NCBI RefSeq assembly: GCF_009914755.1
Contig: NC_060930.1
DNA from: the human T2T-CHM13v2.0 reference genome, Homo sapiens
DNA length: 64,000 nt
Strand: one strand, 5' to 3'
Shown piece after piece: positions 56,256-64,000 of the stretch. The notes below the pieces were generated by a model. It did not search any database. It was not told the DNA's origin and saw only the letters and a program-made list of their open reading frames with translations. Both the position numbers and the translations under genes were made by a program. The first letter of the stretch is position 1, and each line of letters starts with the position of its first letter.

Positions 56256-58561
56256 TTATAATTGCTGCTTGTTAAAATTAAAAAAACCCTGGGATTGGTG
56301 AGGAATTGCTTTTTTGTCTCAGGTGACACTCAAAATCATTGATGAGGAAGTTATGGGTTATACTTGGGTCCACTCTTAGTCTTATTTACAATCTTTTCAT
56401 AATGCCTTACTGTTTTTTTAAAAAATTATTCATGGAAGACAATGTGTTTTATTTAAAGTTGGCTTAATCTGTGAATACAATGGGGATCCATGACATTCTT
56501 GTCCTATTGTATAAAATCTGGAAATTGTAGGCATTAACTATACAAAAAACAAATTGCTTTCTCATTTCTTTAGGCTAGGCTTCTCACTCCTGCATGCAGG
56601 CACAGAACAGAAGAAGGGCAATGACCGGCCAAGCTTCAGATGGTGTAAGAAAAAGAAGTCGAGGCATGGAGACAGCCTTCGGGGGAAGAATAATGAGTAC
56701 TTACCTTGACAGAGGGGATTTCAACAATAGGAACAAAATAATGAGATCATCTAAGAAGGTGGATAATTGACCAGGGCTTATAACACAGGAATGCACTGTC
56801 AGTAGGGATTTATGACCAATCTCCTACTTGTTGAGTGGGATGTGAATAATTAACTAATTTCTTAACCCACTGAGCAAGGGTTAAAGATTGAGTCACCTGT
56901 TTACTCACAGCCTGTCAGGGAGTGAGTGTTAGCACCTCTACCTGGTGGCGGAGGAGGGAGTGCAGAGAGAGTGAATGCCTGCAGGGCCAGAGCTGCCCAG
57001 GGGTGCAAGGTGGACTCCGGACCTCCCCTTGTTAATGTGTCTCTCCTGATTTAATGCGTCATCTTTAAAGAATCATCCTCAATTCTGCAGCAATAAAAAT
57101 AAAAACCTTCCCTTTCACCTTGCAAGCCTCCTGCAGAAAGCCCCAGGAAGAGCCTTGTCAGGGCAGCTGAGGAGACAATTAATAACCATGGGTGATGGAT
57201 GAGGTGCACGTGGCCTGTGCCTCCACTTTTATCCCTCTTCCCTTCTGCTGCCAGTTGGGCCCCAGGCCCCTGTGAAGTGCATATGCCTTGGGGGTGTGAT
57301 ATATTAAGCCATCATTATTCATCCTTAACACATTTGCAAGTTTTAATTCAGCCTAAAATAATATAATCAGAGAAAATGTTCTACTTGCATTTAACATTAT
57401 ACTCACAGGTTTGGATTATATCATAGATGTAGTTGGGGATGGCATGGGAGGGCAACAAGCATAAAATGCATTGACTTTACCATGTATTTCAGTTATATAT
57501 TTATATTTTACATGTAAATTCATAATTATATATTTATATCTAGATAAAATTATATGTTTGTGTATTATATATAATAATCTATAGTTATGTATCACTATCT
57601 CACTAGGTGATTGCTGATTAAGGGGAATACTATTACCCACAATGTTGAACACAGTGCCTGGCCATGGAAAACACTCAATAAACGGTGTTATGAATATTAA
57701 ATAATTAGCCCTGACGGCCAAGTTATCTAAAGTGCCTATCAACTATGAAGCAAATTTTTGGTTCCTTTTCCTTTTGAGGACTTCTAAAAATGTCTCATTG
57801 GTCATCAAGAGAGCAAAGCTGCATGTTGTAGGAAACTTGCAGCACAGTGAGTGTGGGATTCCAAAATGCTGGATAAGTAAGAGACATAGCAATAGCTTGA
57901 TCCATACAAACACTGACTACTAGCTTGCTGAAGACAAGACTCATCAGAGAGGCCTCTCGTCATCTCTCCAGGGACAATGATATTGCAGAGGTGGACATTT
58001 ACCCCTCGTGTTGTAGGCAGACCCTGTTTCCCTTTCTTTAAGTTATGGCTTCCACATATATGGTCATATATGGCCCCAGGAACCCAATTCAGGACTCTTG
58101 CAATCCCACGGGTATTAGGGAGATTCTACATTGGGCCTGGTGCTGGGGGCTCCCAGCATATGCGAGACAAGCAGAGGATAGGATTGAGCTCAGAGGCCCT
58201 GAAGGCTGATGGCCAGGTGGATGGTGATGAGGCCAAAAAATGAATTGGGAATTACAAAAGGGATGAGATCATCTGTTACTCTCCCTTCCGACTTGAAGCT
58301 TCTGCATAGCCCCCATGGAAGATTTGCTGTGTAATGTTGAAATATCTGTCTATGACCCCAGAGAATTTGAAAATAAAGACATTGGTCATGGTTATCCAAG
58401 CAGCAGAAGAAATTTAAGATTGTAAAAACACCAGCATGAAGGCCAGGAGATTGTGGTCTGTGTGCTTGGGAAAGGATGGGATTCAAGCAGGGGCAGGTGC
58501 ATCCAAGTGTTCTCCAAACCTTTGGGATTGTTTAAATTCCACCACAGGTGATTCAACCTAC

Positions 58562-58665
58562 CTGTCTGCTATGTAGCCGATACTCATAGAGCCAATAAAG
58601 AATCCTACATTCACTGATGACTGGAATAGGTCCAACATCCAGGAGTTGGCACATACCAGGTTAAA
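58562..58665 (-). CDS. SLC22A2: SLC22A2 coding exon 2 (104 nt; [35 protein letters not shown])
   Basis: Acceptor ggcag|TTTAAC, donor CAG|GTAGGT; frame continuous with exon 1. Confidence 0.97.
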
Positions 58666-58847
58666 CTGCCAGCAGGGGAGAAGTGTTCCAAGTTGGGAGA
58701 GAAAGGAAATGAAATCCTGTTAGAATCCTGTTGGACATAACTCAGCTAGGGTACTCATTAAATATTCCTTGAATTGAACTGTATAGTTAAGTGGCAATAA
58801 GCCATTGTTTCTTGATCATGCCAATTTTCTTCTTCTTCTCTCTCTCT

Positions 58848-59012
58848 CTTTTTTTTTTTTTTTTTTGTGAGACAGGGTCTTGCTCTGTCACCCAGGCTGG
58901 AGTACAGTGGTGATCATGGCTCACTGCAGCCTCGACCTCCTGGGCTCATGTGATCCTCACACCTCAGCCTCCCAAAATGCTGGCATTATAGGCGTGAGCC
59001 ACTGTGCCCAGC
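58848..59012 (-). mobile_element. Alu monomer (FLAM/AluJ-like)
   Basis: Poly-T plus a single Alu arm, 183 nt upstream of the exon 2 acceptor. Confidence 0.8.
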
Positions 59013-60291
59013 CTCAGTTTTCTTTACATAACCAAAAGGCTTGCCCTTCCATCTGGCAATTTGTCATGAAGCTAAAACTACAGCATTGGCTAAATCAGCT
59101 GAAACTGGGTAATTACTTATAGACAAATTTATTTTTTCCTTTCTAATTTCAATGCACATGCAGATAGGTGTGTGGACGTGATACAATGCAGGCACCAGGA
59201 GGTTGGGCCATTTAGCATCTCCCTGCTGTCTGTTTAATAAAAGGGGATTAGGAGTGACTGCTGAAGGCTGCTGCATTTGCTCTTATTTGGAATAAGAGGA
59301 GGTGGTCGGGTGGAGCAGGTGCTGGACCAGGTCAGGAGACCCATCTTTTAGGGCTAACCCTGCTAAGTTATTCACTGTGTGGCCTGGGGAAAAACCTTCT
59401 CTGCTTGGGGCCTCAGTTTCCTCATCTCTGTAGGAAGCAATGAGATTGGCCATGTGAGAGAGCCTCGGAGAGTTTGTGGTGTGAAGCCCATGAGCTGCCA
59501 CATTTCCTGTAAATATCTGACCACTTTAGACCCTTCAAATTAGACTCTACCTACCCATCTGTTCACACAGAATATCTTCCCATTGTCCAAGCAGTCATTT
59601 TAAATTAAACTAGGCAACTGGCTCTCTCAGTATTTTCAGGTAACTTAATTCCCCTATTTTGCTTTGCTTTCAATAAAAGCAAGCTCCATTTTTTGTCTTT
59701 TTTTCTATTATATTTATTGGAATCAGGCTTCACAAATAGCTTTTGATGTCATCTGTAGTTTTTAACAAAATAATAGTGCCATAGCATGATCTCCAGCCCC
59801 AAATGATTTTATATGAACACTTTGAGGAAATTAAAGAGAAAAAATAGGTATCGAGAGAAAAGCACATCCTATCACACAGTCAGGCACAGTTCAGTTGAGT
59901 TCCACGGGCTTTCAGGTGTGTGTGGGCATCTGCGGGATGGAGGAATAGAGGGGGAGGTAAGGCTTCCAGAAAAAGAGGAGGATCCACAATATCCCTATCT
60001 TGGCAACATTTCCAGGAGTCCTAATATGCTTTGGCCTGTTCCTTATTGCTGGGACATGCACAAACTAGAATCATTATTGTCAGCATCTGAGGACGTTTTA
60101 ACTAATCCAGTTATTCTCCAGACAAATTAGAAGCTGCATGTTCTCATTTGGAAACTAGGATTTTGTAAGATACATGCAGGCCAAAGAGATGTCCAGGCAG
60201 GGTTTATAAGAGCCGGGCCTTCCCTGCTTGCTTCCTTGAGAAAATCTCCACCATTTGCTTCTCCATCTGAGCCCTGAGCTCACTCTCTTAC

Positions 60292-60705
60292 CTCGGTGAC
60301 GATGGACGAGCCAGGCGTCTCGTACACCCAGCCGTCCCGGCAGGGGCCCAGTGGCAGGCGGCTCCTGTTGGTGTCCAGGCTGGCCAGGGGGTCCACGCAG
60401 TCGAAGGTGCTCTGGTTCCAGTCCACCTCGTAGCGCCTACACTGTCTTGGGGAGGCTTCGCCCGCAGGTCCTGGGCCCGGCACCGTGTAGTTCAGTTCCT
60501 CTGCAGGACTCCAGCCGCAGCGCAGACTCAGCTCGGCCACTCCGGGGCTCCGGCAGCGGTGGTCAGGGGTGAAGCCCAGGAAGACGATGCCCACGTAGAT
60601 GGGCGCGAAGGTAGCCGAGAGCAGAGCCAAGAGGAAAAACATTTGCTTCTGGAAAAAGTGAAACTCCCCTCCATGCTCCAGGACATCGTCCACGGTGGTG
60701 GGCAT
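60292..60705 (-). CDS. SLC22A2: SLC22A2 (OCT2) coding exon 1 (414 nt; [19 protein letters not shown]...GSSIVTE)
   Basis: Translation matches the recognised OCT2 N-terminus, TM1 and large extracellular loop. ATG in aggatcATGc context (A at -3); donor GAG|GTAAGA at 60291. CpG-rich. Confidence 0.98.
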
Positions 60706-61175
60706 GATCCTGCAGGCAGGAGGGCCCGAGGCTGCCCGACGTGCCCGGAGCGAGGCTGAGAGCGGCTGCAGCCAGCTCAGCACAAACCCTGGCCAGAAGT
60801 CAAAGAGGGGAGTTTACCTCTGCAAGTGACCAGCCTTCAGGGCAGGGCCTTTCCTTGGTCCAGCTGACTTCAAAGGTGCACCCCTCCAGCGGGGGTGCAT
60901 GTCCTTCTGCACTTCCCAAATGCCCTGAGCTCACTCCCAGGATGCCTGTCGTGTTTATTATAACTGGTTCTCCACAGGCTTGTCGGTGCTCCACGCCAGC
61001 AGCACAAACAACCCGCCCTCTGTGTCCCACCGCAGGGAATCTGAGTGCTGGCCCATATCACAGCCCAGTAATCTTCCCGTAGTGCCCCGAGCAGCCAGGA
61101 ACTTAATATACTCCTATCTCATGCGCACCGCCAGCTTTTCTTCAAGGCCCTATGGAGAAAACACACGTGTTTGGC
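60706..61175 (-). promoter_or_regulatory. SLC22A2: SLC22A2 5' UTR and proximal promoter with E-box and TATA-like elements
   Basis: CACGTG at 61164-61169 (a USF-bound E-box is recalled as the basal element of the human OCT2 promoter); TATATTAA on minus at 61103-61110; TATAATAAA-like at ~60954-60962. Confidence 0.65.
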
Positions 61176-61520
61176 CACAAGGCCCAGCGTGATGTGAACC
61201 AGGATCCGTGTCAGAACCCTGGTCCAGATTCGAAGTGGGTTGCAAGCCTGACTGCTGGGCTCATTCTCCAACCAACAACAAGAGCCGTCGGGATGCATGC
61301 TGGGGCTGCTTGTTTTGATGTTGTCCAGATTTTATAACTCTGCTTTTAAAAAGTGTTTGCTCCAATCTGGTATTCCTGCGTTTCAACCCTGAAGTGTCCT
61401 TCCCCTTAACCCATCTGGAGGGAAAGAGGAAAGTGTTTACGTCGCAGACAGGTCAAGTGTAAATGCAGGCAGGTGTGTCCAAGCCACTATCTTTGTGTCC
61501 TAGATTTTTCTGTCAAGGTC

Positions 61521-62110
61521 TGTTGGGGCTCAGAAATCCATGCCCCAAGGTGGAGGCCTCAGAAGCAAAGTCTCTCTCTCTGACCTTCTCCTGCCCTCCT
61601 GTCTCTTCTCTCACCCATCATTCTCCCCCGGGGCAAGCCATAGAACTGAGAATCCTTCCTCAAAGCAGCTCGTGGAAACCAGACTCTTTTCTCCCCAAAG
61701 CCAGCCAGAAAGCCTAGAAATACCACTGTAACTTCCCCGCTGCCTTTCTGTGTAACAGTGGGCCGTAAAGAAATCCAGACCCGCATTCCAGAGGAGTCTT
61801 GTCCCCGGTGCCTGGAGGAAGGAGTGCTGCACAGAGGGGCCAAGACGGATCTGAACAGACAGGCCTTGCTGGGTTTTCCCCTCAGCCTGCGAACATGGGC
61901 TGCTGCCCTTTTTGTCCAACTACAGTTCTATACTGCCATCCAGTTTTCCCTGTATCTGTGGGTCTTCATTCTGAAGGCTCCTGTGTCATGTAAAACGTGA
62001 TCAAATAAATTTGTCATGCTTTTCTCTTGTTAACCTGTCTTTTGTTATAGGGGTGTTGGCCGTGAGCCTTAGGATAAGGAAGAAAGGGATCACCCCTTTC
62101 TGCTCTCACA
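61521..62110 (+). mobile_element. ERV1 solo LTR (MER39/MER31-like) directly upstream of the SLC22A2 promoter
   Basis: TGTTGGGGCTCAGAAA...GGCCTCAGAAGCAAAG...AATAAATTTG...CA. Confidence 0.7.
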
Positions 62111-64000
62111 CATCAGGGGCATCTCTTTAGGATGATGTTGTTGCATCTAAATGCAAGACAAACAGGAAATTTGTCTTTCCTGGTGGACAAAAGGATTCTT
62201 AATACATCGTGATCCTGCCAAGTAGAGAAGGTGGCCTGCTGACATATCTGCAAACTAAATACCAGAAAGTTAACCCGATTTTCCTTCTCCTTCTTTTTTC
62301 TGTTGGATAGTCAGCAGGTGTAATAGCGTAGTCTAAAAGGAGCGACCCACGGGGTCTTTCTCCTTGCCGCAGCTGCAGGCTTCTTATTTTCTTAAAAAAG
62401 CAAAAAGCAGGGCGCCGGCAAGGACATCCATTGACCTCCACTGCGGCTGTGTTGGGCACACAGAGGCACTCTGCTTCGTGGTGCCCTGGGCTGCTGCCAG
62501 CCCCGTTTGCTCTGAGCTGAATGAGGGGGCTCAGTTCTGTTTAGGGACTTCCCATTCGCAGCCAGCATCGTGAGTGCATGAGCCGGAAGCCAAGGCTGCT
62601 CTGTCTGCACCTGTTCCCCGTCAAAGAGCTGTAGGAGGGCGAGTTAAAGAGTTAAAAAGTGACAGAGGTTGTCAAACTTTACTCTACCCCAAGGGCCAAG
62701 AGATGCTCCTGACTGCCTCTTACAAGAAATTTGCAGACACGTGCACTTGGGTTTGACTCACTTAACATGTCAAGACATCAGATCTTCACGTCATGAGCAA
62801 GGGGCACAAGGTAAGGGCCAGAAGAGCTTTGCTGGCCAATGGGAAACAATGTTGAAATTTGCTACAAATTACTTAGAGGGAACAATCAGATAAGGAGAAG
62901 TTCAGACCTCAGGTTGCTTACAGCAATGCGTTTACACAGTCATTCAACATTGTTCTGTGGATGCACGAGTCACAGCACAGCTGCCATAAAATCAATCCCA
63001 TAAGGTGACAGACCCTACAGAGAAGCCACATGGGCAGTGAGCAACTCAGGGAAAGAAACCACAGAGAGGAGGGGTAGACACCCTACGGTTTGAGTCCAGG
63101 TATCTTGGGAAATTGTCACTTCTTTTGTGGGGGTGCTTACATATTCAGAAGCATGACTGGAGTGTAATCTGATCATTTAATCCATATAACCTGGTAATAT
63201 ATTATAATTAATGTCAGAAGTATTTCTCAACCTCTTATCAGGTTTCTCTGCAATGTAAATAAATATTGCCCCAGTGTACCACCCTTTCTACGGCACTGAG
63301 GAAGGCCAGTTGTGCCCAGACTAACCTTCTGGGCCCCCTGCACAAAAAGACACGGGGGCAGTTAGGGTGGGAAGTTAGGATGGATGAATCCTACCTATCC
63401 CATGGCAAGCCAGACATCAGGTACTTAGAGGATGACATGGCAGAAGCAGTGAGACCCATCTTCAATGGAACGTAGGCTTTTGGGTCATTTGTTAAGCAGG
63501 ATGATTTTAGAAATCAATATCTGGTCTATTGAGGTCTATGCAACCTGCTTGGCTAAGGTGACGTCTACCTGAGACAAAAATGATAGAAATAGGTTGTCTC
63601 ACAGTGACGGGTGCCATCTGTCCTCTACGCAGCTAAGATGGAAAAGCAGTGGGAGCAAAGGGGAGGGTCAGCAGAGCAGCAGAGCCTGGACTGTAGCCCA
63701 GCCTGGCCCTAATGTATCCGTGTCACCAGGGCAAGTTCTAATACCTCTTGTAACAGGGCCATTATCCCTAAGTCAGAGAGCTGATGGATGAGATCGCATA
63801 GGACTATTACTGAGCACAGTGGCTTCAATAGTTGGAAGTTATTCACGGAGACACTTTCACCCTCTCTATTCCTCCCTTGTTTTCTTCCTCGGTGCACCCC
63901 ATCCATCCGTCACGTGCCTTGTTCTCCTTCCTCAACTTCCTGCTGCCCACTTGCATCACAGCAGGGTGGGCTGGGTGTAGGGCTCCTGGCCAGGCACAGT

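Noticed and set aside
60706-60783. 26-codon in-frame N-terminal extension of OCT2 in the ORF track
   Set aside because: It starts at a non-ATG codon in a GC-rich 5' UTR; the recognised protein starts MPTT at 60705.

Overview
Human (or very close primate) genomic DNA containing the complete SLC22A2 (OCT2, organic cation transporter 2) gene on the minus strand. I located all 11 coding exons with GT-AG boundaries; they sum to 1668 nt (555 aa + stop), ATG at 60705 and TAA at 15623. Most of the rest is transposon-derived and deeply nested. A THE1/MST MaLR provirus contains a MER4-type solo LTR that contains a full-length L1PA (4.5-13.8 kb). Intron 10 holds a near-complete Tigger1. In intron 9 a single MIR is split by MER57/LTR8, MER4 and a MER41 provirus that itself contains a 5.7-kb HERV-H. 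The outstanding anomaly is a ~4.5-kb degenerate triplet array (A-[A/G]-[C/T])n in intron 10, with higher-order 378-567 bp units. On the antisense (+) strand it lies in a 1638-codon Ser/Asn-rich ORF with a 125-codon non-repetitive leader and two pairs of compensating frameshifts. A good splice acceptor lies just before its ATG, a consensus splice donor overlaps its stop codon, and a downstream acceptor and AATAAA follow. An L1 antisense promoter points at it. This is a candidate nested antisense gene or de novo ORF, but it is a hypothesis: openness of the repeat frame itself is expected from base composition. Repeat family names come from recalled consensus sequences, not from a search.
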